Origin: Nemertoderma westbladi | Taxonomy: Eukaryota > Animalia > Xenacoelomorpha | Direction of reading: 5' to 3' | Assembly: GCA_032718475.1 (NCBI GenBank) | Contig: JAUCBJ010007329.1 | Location: 124,001-188,000 of the forward strand | Length of the DNA: 64,000 nucleotides | In this document: one piece after another, positions 13,301-23,935 of the stretch | How positions within the stretch are numbered: the first letter of the stretch is position 1 | Layout of the letters: each line of letters begins with the position of its first letter | Notes under the pieces: model-generated | Told to the model about the DNA's origin: nothing | Seen by the model: the letters and a program-made list of their open reading frames with translations, nothing else | Database searches by the model: none | Made by a program: the position numbers and the translations under genes

Positions 13301-16168
13301 AGCAAGGATGGATTGGGGGTTACCTTATACCTTAGACGACAAGTGACATCGGACAGCTACGATGTATCTCTCGTTACTTCAAGGGCTAGAACAATGCCAT
13401 TGAAGTATATGACTGTACCTCGTGGGGAGCTGCAAGCCGGGACGATATCCACCGATATTGTCAGTCTAGTTCAACGCGAGCTGGAGGCTAACTTGAAGGT
13501 CACATATTGGACAGATGCGACGTTGGTACTTTGGTACATAAACAACGAAACATTTGAGTTCAAGACTTTCGTAGCCAACAGACGGACTGAAATACTAGAC
13601 CGGTCGCTCAAACAAGATTGGCGTCACTGTCCAGGGAAGCTGAACCCAGCTGACATCGCGTCACGGGGGATGCAACCACTCGACTTTTGTAAACCGGACA
13701 ATAAATCCTTTTGGTTTAGAGGACCCGATTTCCTGCAGCGACCATCAGACGAATTGCCACCGTTATTCGACGCGACAACCAACACCATACCAGAGGGTGC
13801 CGAGATAAAACTCGACAAGGTTGTCAAGTCTAAAGCGAAAGCCAACGCCAAGGTAAAAAGGAAAAAGGGACGGACGAAATCTGATGACCTGGACGCCAGA
13901 CCTGACATTACGCCAGACGTCTCGCCAGACACTCGACCAGACGCTTGTACGAATTCTTCGCCGGATGTTCCGCGGGAGATTTCACCAGACGTTTCGCCGG
14001 ATTGTTCACCAGATTACTCGCCAGACTATTCACCAGAAGAGACACCAGATTGTTCTCCGGATTGTTCGCCAGATTGTTTGATGGAACTCTCGACAGAATG
14101 TCTACCGGATGTCTCACCAGACTTTTCACCAGACATCTCGACCGACTGTCCACCAGACTTTGAACCAGACTTTCTGACAGAAGTTACGCTAGACAGACTT
14201 TGGGACCGACGACAGGACATTTCGCCGGATGTTCCGCGCTATGTCTCACCAGACGTCTCACCAGACTGTTCACCAGACGCTTCACCAGACTGTCTACTAG
14301 ACACTCCATTAGAAGACCCATTGGAGCGGACTTTTAGAGACGTACCAAATTTGACTTCTTTGGACGACAGAGGTGTGGCCACAGGGATTACACTCCGCTC
14401 GAAGAAGGTACTTGACTTACCTACAGGTAAATTGGTGACTAAGGTTAGGAAGCTTACAGGCTCACAGGAACACACTGACACTGTAGAGTTGAAACCATTA
14501 CTGCCAGTCGACACATTAGGTGCGGACGGCAAAGGTAAGACCGTAGAGATTGACGTACTTGGGGACTCAGACAAACCTACCGGAAGGCCCGTGGGCCTAC
14601 CAAGTCCAGACAAGTATCCACACTACGACTACACCTTACCCGATGACGTCACTAACACTTACGTTGACAGGATAGTGAACCTAACTAGATCATGGACTGA
14701 CGCGTGCCGCAAGTTAGCATGGCTCAAACGATTGAGACAATATGCCAGAGGCAAACGCGACTTTCCTAGAAGACTTACCTTAAAGGAAATTGACCACTGT
14801 GAAGTTGATATCATTCGACATTATCAATTGCGATATTTCGCACGAGAGTTCACAGCGATCAAACAAGGTAAACAGATTAAGTCTTCACCGATTTTGAGTT
14901 GGAGTCCGATTATTTACCGGGGCTTACTTTGTCACAAGTCCAGACTCCAAAACATCGACTTTGCACTTGACTTTAGGTATCCTATCATCATACCGCAACA
15001 CCATGAGTTACAGCGCGCTATGATACTGGACGCACATGTACAACTCAAACACGTAGGTAGACACCACTGTCTATCACACTTACGCTCGAGGTTTGTACTG
15101 ATTAGACCTAGTAAGGCACTGAGTTCGGTAACACGGAACTGTATTATTTGTAAGAAGGTGCACGCGAGGATAGGACACCAAGAAATGAGTGAACTACCAT
15201 TAGCTAGATTACAGGCGTTTAGACCCCCTTTCACTGAGACAGGGATAGACTGTTTTGGACCCATAATCGCGAAACGCGGAAGGGTACAGGTAAAACGTTG
15301 GGGATTGATCTTCACTTGCATGGCCAGCAGAGCTGTCCATATAGAGCGAGTGACAGACTTGTCCACCAATGCCTTTATCCTAGCCTTACGGCGATTTATC
15401 GCTAGACGTGGATTGGTCAAATCCATATACTGCGACCAAGGGACAAACTTTGTGGGTGCACGGAACGAGATAACCAGAGCTTTGAGAAAATTGGACCAAA
15501 ACCAGATTTCCGAGGAACTACGTCCTCACCGTATTGTTTGGTTTTTCAATACTCCAGACAGTCCGTGGAGAGGCGGCGTTTGGGAAAGGCTGATTGGCTC
15601 AATAAAGACAGCTATGGCTAAAGTCGAACCGACGCAACACATCTTGACAGACGACCAACTGACGACGTTACTAGTAGAAATCGAAGCAATCTTAAATACC
15701 AGACCGATCGCTTTGATCCCAGACAATAACGACGTACAGTTTGCCTTGACACCAGCGCACCTGCTTATGCAGGCGCCGACGACACTGTTGCCCATTTCGG
15801 TACCCGTTGATAGTGACGGATACGGCAACAAGGCTTGGAAAATCACTCAATTGCTTGCAAATAAATTCTGGGAAATATGGCAGAAATATTATTTGCCCTC
15901 TATTTCGACCAGAACCTCTTGGTATCTAAATACCCGGTGTTTAAGACGTGGTGACCATGTTTTATTGGCTGAAGCTAATCTGAAAAGACGGTTTTGGCTG
16001 ACTGGAGTCATTTTGACCACGCACCCTACATCTGGTGTAGTGAGAACAGTTACTGTACGGACTATCGACGGTCGTACCGTAGACAGACCTGTACAACGTC
16101 TCGTACTCCTTGAGGAGACTAGAAACGAGACGGGAGACTACAAATCTCCACCCAATATTAGTAAATAG
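7307..16168 (+). CDS. Bel/Pao Gag-Pol polyprotein (Gag, 3 CCHC knuckles, aspartic protease, RT, RNase H, integrase)
   Basis: 2953 aa uninterrupted. PKFSG..W gag motif; CSYC/CWRC/CSLC knuckles; ILDSAS protease; FYVDD RT; FSDAS RNase H; H-H-C-C plus GIDCFGP, CDQGTNF and GGVWER integrase motifs; Pao-type C-terminal RPVQRL. Confidence 0.97.
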   Translation: MSDTPHSTRYPPTDYDSCDPDRSTVDEPRRRTRDSTDVTPLASPVPRTEIPEAATRGDGRIEDFLTVPQTRSREPDMVSSTGSQENVIRSIGGHMAQITRNLGEGFRVLRELTAPMSRYEFYTLQVRIESRVHASVDKLKGLHELAELRGDNFTQVKIVDKLVSARESLIQFKSVIRLAQQEQFDQLLGESVSDVLLQPEEEEELYCLDGRLETLTNFLRRCGVPIDEPEVEPRGTTEVLTTEGSRAYQNPPLDRSFVSVRSDVGDVGDVSRTASGIIRQQQEVARRQQVAEEEAQLQMAQIAIEGEKQRREDVAKLAKLQAQAEFEASEMRRLEEDLAREAAAAAAADELARQAAAADELARQAAADELARVAAVNAAELARKKAASDARAKLEAHQINARLAIQEAELAAQQQDADRREREMQLQFELNRRSREAANAQEDLELDARDRSIRSRTGHDLSALDRMEARYRGIQKRIEEGSVGAIDRGEEFVEDYCKRFPQVIPMLKPTTPIKPVFVTKPKEITPVRSTQGNRFVVTEIPQPRATSSPILAGKISSPPTVSRSLLVERDEPAFMTVKQVSKPLQVKPVTCCANPVIYKPTVELNSDVFTRPLTQCLTRPTTSWKACEPAEQRRAVDPRSQRTRPRIIRRTRTRQPPYPDDSDSSSDSESTEREIFRTGAAAAADYKREERSTNPYIDNPPRETPQQKPTLQPAEAISTNRLAEIMRPVADRLAQIEERLEAQPSDRSRTSVELEQPRQHRPPRREQETRRTPTHREEDPVNNSYRRTTRGRERLDDAAEQGRGQLDLVSEIAKFAARHGLPAQQPPKFSGNAKHWRTLVDYVESQIAKCAFTSTEKFNYLLQVLSGEPKRLAETFIGVPDAFELAYDRLYSIYGGNVAMAKSIIEDLCRGGNISRPIDLLRLADEIKNAIGTLRSIGQLEYANAPTVLIRIIGRLHHRLRREWRRIEYQREEAGGLLKLTDVYQLISREAVIETRSNYTDHHIAAEGITVSAPNRTKPFPTNAKAVTYATPTETSKVLTPIGTTQPRQQLPADFVGCSYCERNGRNHSGHKLRGCRAFKELGIEERRLQIQSLDSCWRCMKPGHVRKDCPSDDTCSLCGRNHDALLHTTSHTPTRRFRREHPDKAARCDALYKERAPREIRTFYTDCMDQSGSSDEDEEEDDTFYVHAGEEQPSITLLTQNQLKGFSVIPIKITGTRGSKRIYAILDSASSHSYVDEQVADVVTDMSQGKTAQYTVSSMHGKRAIPVTRVKLTLDTLLSKAEHSKEERSLLPVRNLTFAATKDFSNLLGPVPEQSPEDRKYFRHLGIPECPVNYRSIAMLIGTDQFNLHQVWETRPSVITAGNPYACRTPIGWYTRAPIRSLEVSDQEDDVLSTCSLLTNTIDNSPSHSCGPIVRTALRQTCVTNADATDTDVTDLDTTIRTSDLQLLAVDQVVLTTEDLRVVAVDDSMNEDFGRLASLPKNPKVIDPTHQASTPVVDLGRLASLPIDQEVVKPPHDNSTPTSDTGRLASLPDTLTLATAADEDVDEDHGAVQAALDRLLTERTIQWLEQDSAEPGSYETAMSEQEKRSLNIMRDTIRQTANGHYEVGMLWRDGQPKLVNNYPLALRRLKSIRQRLLRDETAHMQYNAQLQTYLQKGYAIRMLNPEVTTDQTYYLPHHFVRHPDKPGKVRVVNDCAALYQGMSMNSELMDGPNMNNYLMGVLMRFRQRKVAFTCDVEAMFHQVKALERDRDSLRFLWYPDGNLQLPPETYQMQVRVFGARDSPNCTMYALKQTALDRRDQFDPEVVRTVERDFYVDDGLKSCDTLERATTVAHQLQDCLAEGGFHLTKFASNEPELVNSFDPTDRSGGDLDLDLEPLPTTKVLGLSWDPNTDNFRVRVRSNDQTRPLTKRTCLSTMSRLYDPLCFISPVILHARIILRSIWQAGLEWDDPIPEKLAERWRDWEAQLTFLQDYTIPRVYFPLQTTFPADLELHSFSDASKDGLGVTLYLRRQVTSDSYDVSLVTSRARTMPLKYMTVPRGELQAGTISTDIVSLVQRELEANLKVTYWTDATLVLWYINNETFEFKTFVANRRTEILDRSLKQDWRHCPGKLNPADIASRGMQPLDFCKPDNKSFWFRGPDFLQRPSDELPPLFDATTNTIPEGAEIKLDKVVKSKAKANAKVKRKKGRTKSDDLDARPDITPDVSPDTRPDACTNSSPDVPREISPDVSPDCSPDYSPDYSPEETPDCSPDCSPDCLMELSTECLPDVSPDFSPDISTDCPPDFEPDFLTEVTLDRLWDRRQDISPDVPRYVSPDVSPDCSPDASPDCLLDTPLEDPLERTFRDVPNLTSLDDRGVATGITLRSKKVLDLPTGKLVTKVRKLTGSQEHTDTVELKPLLPVDTLGADGKGKTVEIDVLGDSDKPTGRPVGLPSPDKYPHYDYTLPDDVTNTYVDRIVNLTRSWTDACRKLAWLKRLRQYARGKRDFPRRLTLKEIDHCEVDIIRHYQLRYFAREFTAIKQGKQIKSSPILSWSPIIYRGLLCHKSRLQNIDFALDFRYPIIIPQHHELQRAMILDAHVQLKHVGRHHCLSHLRSRFVLIRPSKALSSVTRNCIICKKVHARIGHQEMSELPLARLQAFRPPFTETGIDCFGPIIAKRGRVQVKRWGLIFTCMASRAVHIERVTDLSTNAFILALRRFIARRGLVKSIYCDQGTNFVGARNEITRALRKLDQNQISEELRPHRIVWFFNTPDSPWRGGVWERLIGSIKTAMAKVEPTQHILTDDQLTTLLVEIEAILNTRPIALIPDNNDVQFALTPAHLLMQAPTTLLPISVPVDSDGYGNKAWKITQLLANKFWEIWQKYYLPSISTRTSWYLNTRCLRRGDHVLLAEANLKRRFWLTGVILTTHPTSGVVRTVTVRTIDGRTVDRPVQRLVLLEETRNETGDYKSPPNISK

Positions 16169-17961
16169 ATGTGGGACCTTTGTTGGCCGCCACATAGACC
16201 TACTGTATTTTAGTTATTTGTATTTGTATTACTGTACGTGCATTTGAAATCCTCTTCACTGTAGATAGAGACAGCGGTGGAATTCCATTGTCTTTATACG
16301 TGAACATGGAGGGTAGTACCCTTATGTATCACATAGGAGCAGGATTGTGTGTACAGTAGGAATGGAATTCCACTTGGAACCCACAAGTGAGACAATTTTC
16401 AAAAATTATTAGACAAATCCATTTAGTTGGATTTAAATTTAAGAAAAACGATTCTCCAGTGAAAGCAAATTCTAGAATACAGCTAGATAAAATTAAAATT
16501 GGGGAGGACAAGAGCGGATGGAAGGCTTGCGAGCCTACTGATAAATTTTTTTTTGGAAAAGAAAATCGGTCTTGTTCTACGTAGTCGTGTCTACTATTAT
16601 TTTGACCAATTAATTCTCGACTGCACTATTTTCTTGGGAAACGTAGTTTGGGAAATTAAAAGGTGAGTATTTTAGACTCGCGGCTAGTTTACCCGGAATT
16701 CGTTTTTTATCGGCACATTTTGGATTAGGAGCCAGTGCGAAATCACGCGAACCCGAAGTCATTAGGCAAATGGGTTGGGGTTTAGAGCAAAGTTGAGCCA
16801 AAAGCCGACAAACTCTAAGTCTCCTCACATCTAACCTCTGTTTGTGCTTCCTCTAGTAGAAACACTATTATCAGGGATCCACGCAGGAAGCACCAGGCGC
16901 CGTTCAACCGATATGGGGCCAAAACTTTAACCTGTTTGGAGTGGAGAGTATGGCTAGGAGTACAGCCAAGCTTGCTAAATCCAAGGCGGATCCAAACGTT
17001 ACGCGACAGCGTTTGGACGCTTATAACAAAAGAGCGGAGGAGTTACGCGCGGAGTTCAAAGCGTTGTACACCTACGATACGTTATGCGATGCCAACGACG
17101 TTTGCGAGAACCCTGAGCCGATATTAGCGCGTTGCCCAAACCACCAAAGTCTGCGTTACCAAGAAGGCGGTCGTTTCATCTCCCGTCGTCCCCTTTCCTA
17201 GCGTTTTGGAACCACCGACAACTCGACGCCGAAGTCCGAGCCCAGTTCGACCTCGACCACCACCCAATCGCAATAGAGGACGTGGACGAGCCCGGTCGGC
17301 CAAGGAATAGGAAAGCGAGAAGAAAGGATATTATATTCAGATATTATATTCAGATATTATATTTGGATGTTATATTGGATATTTATATTGGATATTTTAT
17401 ATTTGGATATTATATTTGGGTATTTATATCGGACGTTGGGTTTGGAAGAACGAGATATGGAAAGGAAGGCTTGCGAGCCTACCGTTAGCAATTAGTGCTC
17501 AGGAGAAGATATCCAGACCAGCAGGACGAACTTTTAAGATCGTCAGGAGGACTCTTTAAGACTTATTTGAAAGTTATTAGCGCATTATGTTTATATTATA
17601 TTTGGACAGATTTAATTTGGTGAAGGTTTATTATGTATATTTACAATATATAAAGATTTATCGAAAGAGTTTGATTTATTTGTTTGATTTGTTTGATTTA
17701 TTTGTTCTGATTTGTTTAATTTGCTTACCTTGATAACCGAAAGCCCTTTTTTGTATTTTAGGCACTAAAGTTAATTCGTAAATTTGTATTTGTATGTACG
17801 ATCGATTGTATTTACGCCGTATCTGCAATATTAAGTATGCAATAATTAGATAGTGATTATATTTTATATTTTAGGCCCTACCAGTAAATTTAGAAATAGT
17901 TTGTAAATATTTTATATTTCGATTGGTGAAAACAGCCTTACTTACTGTTTTCATGGAGCGG

Positions 17962-18614
17962 TGATGAATTATTTCACTATAAGATAGCATTTGTAGTTTA
18001 ACTTTAACGTAAAAACTTTCGAAAATCCGACGTATTTGATTGAGTTACAGTAATGTAATATGCCTATTCATATTTGTACACATAAAACCCTTAGGTACTC
18101 TCGTGGCGTAGTGGTCAGATGGTTAAGGCGTTGGTTACATTACATAGGTTACGAGTTCGAATCCCAGTCGGGAAATTTGTATTTTGGGGCCATTTATTTT
18201 CGTGTGGTGCTAATTGGTAGGCCAATGAGAAGCGTACAGCGTAGCGAATAATGAGCCAGGCCAATCATAGGGCATAAATTATCTTATTGCTCAAATGTGA
18301 GGCAGTGGAAAATTCTGTTAGGATTCCATGTCCCAGATTAGTGTGAGGGCCGGACTGCGTTGAACGATGAGCTGGGCCAATCATAGAGCACGAAGCACTT
18401 CATTGCTCAATGGTGAAGCTGTGGAAAATTCTGTTTAGTTTCCATGTGCAATTTCTAGTATAAAAAGGCCGGTTTGCCTTCGGTTATCACTCTTACTGTC
18501 GTTATTACTACCCCTTCGATTCCTAAATTGTTATTAGTTTATTTCGGTTTCTTGTTGAAACTTTATTTGATAAATCCTTTTGTAAAACTGTAAATATACT
18601 GCAAATTCCTGACA
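17962..18614 (+). repeat. BEL-1 3' LTR
   Basis: Identical by eye to 4084-4736; preceded by catggagcgg. Confidence 0.85.
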
Positions 18615-20263
18615 TGTTTTCTTTTGGTCCAACTTCGGGACAGCCAAACATCAGGGAGATGGCAGCCTAGATCGTTAGGCCGTAAGCAACGCAGGGAAGG
18701 GATGTCCACAACACACTAGCGCCCACATTGGATCGACCGCGCACCCCCTTTGCCCCTTCGAAATACTCCACTTGCTATGCAGCGCCCGCTTTGTGAGAAG
18801 GTAAGACTTTGTTCGACGCCCTTGCCCGCCGTAAGACCTATAGATCAGGGTAAGCGTGACACCGTACTGGACGCCGCAAATTTAGGATCAAATAATTATA
18901 TCCAGACACCCCCCCCCCCCTTTTTGTCAGTCCTACGAACCCCTGGGTTAACCTGTACTTCCTACAGGTGCGAACTATTGCCATTCGTCAGTACGCGAGT
19001 ACATATTAGGTACGGACAGCATATGTTCCATAATTTAGTGAGTCGTAGCACTGACTGTTTGGTACCGGTTCGCTTTGTAGAACGTACATTAGTACACCCC
19101 CCCCCCCCCCCCTGTCTGGAGTTAGCTATTTGATCAGGCAAGGAGTATTTCTGCTACCGGCACACTGCTTGGCCTAGGGAGGTTTTATTAATATCCTACC
19201 GCGCCTTGCCACGTACTGATAAGTATTGCTGCTAACCACCGCGGCAACAAAGTTCTAGAATCAAATTTGTATACCAGATCAGCTAACATACGGTAGCAAT
19301 TAATCCCTATTTCTTATCTTACAACCAGAATCTGGTATTTGTGCCGATCACGGGTGTAGTTACTAACACCGTGGTTGCCCAGATGAGTTGTGGATAGGAA
19401 GGAGAGAGCTTTGACATCATTTGTAAGTATAAAGTTCTACAAAACGCGACTAGCTTATTTTAGTAGCTAGCACATGGTATTGTTTCGGTCAGAGAATTAC
19501 TAAAACCTAGTAAAATGATATACACCAAAATTGTTTTATTGTAACACACCCACACACACACGCCCTAAAACATATTTACCCTTAGAGTTCTACTAGTTAT
19601 AGCACACTTTAGATTACTTTAGGCAGAATATATTTTATCTTACTTTTGGTATTTGTAAAATTAGGATCTGATATTTAGTTACGGCAAGAAGGAGTATTTA
19701 TTTCGTTATTAAACTGTTGTTTGTCTGAGCAGCAGTATTGTTACATTAGGCACGACCCTCTTTAGACTGATTTAGGACGGGGATCAGTATTGTTACGCTA
19801 GGTCTGCAATCCACTAGCTCGTATATAAACCATATAAATCACACCGCGGCAAGTTACGGTATTTAGGACTGTCAGCGATAGTTAGGATTAGCTGCGCGGG
19901 GATTGTTTTCCCGTGAGTTTGGTCTGTTACTGTAACTGTACATCTGCCATACCGGTTAGAGGACAGGTTAACCTTTTGTCTAGTTCGTAGGCATTAGACC
20001 CGCTCACATACATAGAATAGACACTAGGCTCTGCTCCTCGCCAGTAGTAGTTTGTGTATTGTATCTGTTTGTTTAGATACCCTGGACTGGGATTTGTTGT
20101 CAGATACTGTACGAACCCGTTTCATTACTAGATCTTACGGTAAGATACATCGTTACTAGGATCTGGTAAGCGGTATACTACTGGACTTTACGGTTAGAGA
20201 TATTCTATAGCTTCATATTAGTAGACTTGTAGGCCGTAGGATAGTCCCTACCGTAGAGGACAT
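18615..20263 (+). mobile_element. Second copy of BEL-1 PBS and 5' leader downstream of the 3' LTR
   Basis: Matches 4737-~6345. Near-identical at first, clearly more diverged after ~19200, unalignable after ~20190. TACAAT occurs at both 4078-4083 and 20264-20269. Confidence 0.8.
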
Positions 20264-21365
20264 TACAATATTATCTATATGGCATATCAAATGGTCTATT
20301 GTATCGGTAATTGATTATTACTTTGGCCTTCAGATTTTCCATTTGAATTACAGATTTCACTTTGTATTTCAGATTTTCCATTTGTATTTCAGATTTTCCA
20401 TTTGTATTTCAGATTTTCCATTTGCATTTCAGATTTTCCATTTGTGTTTAAAATTTTCCATTTGAATTTCAGATTCCCATTTGTATTTATAATTTTCCAT
20501 TTGAATTTCAGATTTTCCATTGGAATTTAGGATTTTTTATTAAATACAGTAGTAGGCCTATATCTTTGCCTTAGGCCTATGTATTTTAACTAACTGAGGA
20601 AATACTTTCATTTTACAAAGATTACAGAATACTAATTACTGATGCCAGACCTGTATCAGTAATTTGATAGTGATAATGTATATAATATTACTGTACCGGA
20701 ACTGGTAGGCTATAGAGGGTAGAGCCTAATATAATACCCGGTACCTTTGCATTTATCTTGCACTGCCTGACTGCTGGAAGTGATGAAACTACATGTTCCC
20801 AGTAGGGGTACCGGTATCCATCCATGCTACAGAGTTGGACTGATTCAGGATTGCTGAACCGAGATCAGGAGATAGCGAGATGTGTATGGCTACGAGTTCG
20901 AATTACTCAGTCGTATTGCGGTCTTGTAGGCCTAGACCTAATACCAGTATATATTCATTCATAGTAGACATTTAAATTTGGCGATAAACCAATAAATGAA
21001 TAATATATTCATTCATAGTAGACAGGCCGTGCCGTAGATGGCTTTGGCTTTAATAATTGATTATGGGACGTCTATGTATGATTTGCTTGAAATTATTTTG
21101 CGTAGACACTTAACATAAGTTTATGTCATGTGCTGCGCGAAGTCCGAAATTGAAATCGGATTAAAGCGGGTAAAATAAATAAGGACTTTTAAACCTTCCC
21201 GCTCAAATTGTCTGTCAATATGTAAGAATGTCAGTTTAGGGCCGTCAATAAATCAGCACTCAGCAGACAGAACCAATATTTACAACTGTTGAGTTTTCAA
21301 ATAATATCCGTCAATAAGGATTACCACCTCATAACTTAGTTTTTCCGTAAGGGGTTTTTCATGGT

Positions 21366-23935
21366 AAACCAGGGCGCCCAGGGGATATCCGAATGACAGT
21401 AGACCTGACCAAGCTAAACAGTCAGGTCAAGCGGACCATCCACACTGCACCGCCACCCCACAATCTTGTATTTGACAGATCCCCTGGAGCGAAAATTTTC
21501 AGTGTCCTAGATGCAAAATCAGGATACTGGCAGGTCGCACTTGATGAAGAGTCGTGCGATTTTACGACTTTCATTACGCCTTGGGGCCGATACCGCTATT
21601 GCCGGGCTCCCATGGGCTTCATCAGCTCCGGCGATAGCTACAACTACCGTGGAGATCTCGCACTCAACGGGCTGGACCGAGTTAAAAAGATAGTCGATGA
21701 TGTTCTCGTGGAAGATACCGACATCGACACCCACCGCACACACATCCGGGAGGTTCTAAACCGTTGTTGTGACAACGGTATCGCCTTAAATCCAAATAAA
21801 TTCCAGTATGCCCAATCGAGCGTTCGCTTCGTCGCTGGATATATACTCAGTGGCGAGGGAGTAGCAGCAGACCCAAATAAAGTCCGCGCTATCGGGGAAT
21901 ACCCCACGCCGCAGAATATCACCGACCTTAGAAGCTTCATGGGGTTGGTGAACCAGTTGGGTTATTTTTCGAGTGGGATCTCAACCACTGCATCTCCCCT
22001 GCGCGACCTACTACGAGCTCGCAACACTTTTATATGGACTCCAAACCATGAGGATGCCTTCAACGTGACCAAGGCGGCGCTCGTGAGTCCTCCAATTCTA
22101 GCACCGTTCGACGCCAGCCTTACAACGCGTCTTGAAACGGATGCGAGTTGCCTCCATGGGCTGGGATACGACTTACTCCAGCAACACGGCGAGGATTGGA
22201 GACTTGTGGCTTGCGGAAGCCGTTTCCTCACGGACCCGGAGAGCCATTACGCCACCATTGAATTGGAATGTATCGCAATTAAATATGCGATAACAAAGTG
22301 TCGCATTTACTTGGCCGGTCTGCCGACATTTTCCGTGGTCACGGACCACCGGCCACTATTAGCGATTTTTAACTCTTATAACCTGGACCAGGTTGAAAAT
22401 AAAAAAATACAGAAACTGAAAGCAGACTTACAGTCAACCTACCAGTTCACCCTTGCCTGGCAGAAGGGCAAGCGCCACCGGATTGCTGATGCACTCAGCC
22501 GGGCACCCCTCGATCCCGCACCGGGTGACCCAGACGAAGAGACGCCTTTACTCATAGCGGCGATTTCGGAGACACTCTGTTTCGAAGAACAGGACTGTCC
22601 CACGGCGGCCAAATATATACACGCCAATCCACCCACGCCGGACTCACGCGATGAACTCATCGAGGAGTTGCGACTCGCCGCGCGAATAGACCCGGACTAC
22701 ATTAAACTCGTGGAATGTGTGAGAGCAGGAGACCTCACCACCCTTACATCGATATCCGCGCTAACCCCGTACCGATCCATCATCGACCAGTTATCCATTT
22801 ATTTCGACTTGGTTTTATACGGTGACAGGCTGGTCGTACCAGCCGCCTGCCGCGATGACACCCTTCGTCGCCTACACGCACCCCACTTGGGCGTCGCACT
22901 CGGACTAAACAACGGGCGCGCAGCACAGTATACTGGCCGGGTATTAACGGCGACATCGAACGAGTTGTTGAACAGTGCGATGCGTGCCAGGGTCTACTCC
23001 CTAGTCTACCTAAAGAGACCCTGATGGCAGACCCCATCCCTACGCGTCCATTCGAATCCGCATCCTCAGATTTATTTACCCTAGCAGGTAAACATTTCCT
23101 CGTATACGCAGACAGGTTATCAGGTTACCCACTAGTAACCGAATGGCGTAACGATCCGTCGGCACAGCAGTGTGTTAACGCACTACGGCAATATTTCGTG
23201 GACCTTGGAGTCCCAAACATCTTACGCACGGATGGTGGCCCACAATACGCCGCCGAGGTATCCCAGAAATTCCTTAAAGAATGGGGTGTACGCTGGGAGC
23301 CAAGCACCCCACATTTCCCAAGCACTAATGGCCATGCGGAGGCCAGTGTAAAGCAAATAAAAATGCTGCTGAGAAAGGTGCGGATCCCAGACGTGCGCTC
23401 CGAGGAGTTTCAGCGGGGGCTACTCGAGCTCCGGAACACTCCTCGTTCTAACGGGCGATCCCCAAACGAGACCGTTTTTGGACGTCGCTTGCGGGCTACA
23501 CTCCCCGCTCACCACTCCCACTACAAACAGCAGTGGCAGTCAGCAGCAGATGCTGCAGACCAACGCGCAGCGACCCAGCGTAGCACCGCCATCGCGCGTT
23601 ACAACCACACCGCACATGATCTCCCACCTATCAAAGTTGGGGAGGCTGTACGAGTACAAGACTCCAAATCAAAACAATGGACACATATAGGCGTCGTTGT
23701 TGAGGCTGGCCGACGACGTGATTACAGAGTGAAGCTAGAATCGGGCCGAACCTGGTGGCGAAACCGCCGTTTCCTACGCCACCACCATTCCCAACCGCCA
23801 GGAGGCGCTCCCGAACCGCCTGCGGCGACGACACCTAAGGTCGAACCTAAACCGGCTACCCGCGCTGCTTACCCCATGCGTCCGAGCACGCTAGCCCAGC
23901 GCAGGGTGCACTGGGACCTTCCCGATCGAAACTGA
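21366..23935 (+). pseudogene. Gypsy pol remnant with a frameshift in the integrase zinc-binding domain
   Basis: ORFs 21393-23024 and 23024-23935 join through a frameshift near 22898 (HAPHLGVA / RTKQRARSTVYWPGINGDIERVVEQCDACQ). Confidence 0.85.

Larger units (their letters stand above)
4084..18614 (+). mobile_element. Full-length Bel/Pao LTR retrotransposon (BEL-1), apparently young
   Basis: Two apparently identical 653-bp LTRs (TG...CA), PBS-like TGGTCC at ~4748, purine-rich tract before 17962, single intact gag-pol ORF. Confidence 0.93.

Noticed and set aside
20550-20940. Recurrent TAGGCCTA / TACCGGTA palindromes
   Set aside because: Scattered throughout the window in unrelated elements; looks like a genome-wide compositional bias that cannot be tested here.
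21680-21710. IVDD instead of YxDD as an inactivating RT mutation
   Set aside because: Non-Tyr residues occur here in some Mag-like Gypsy elements; not informative alone.
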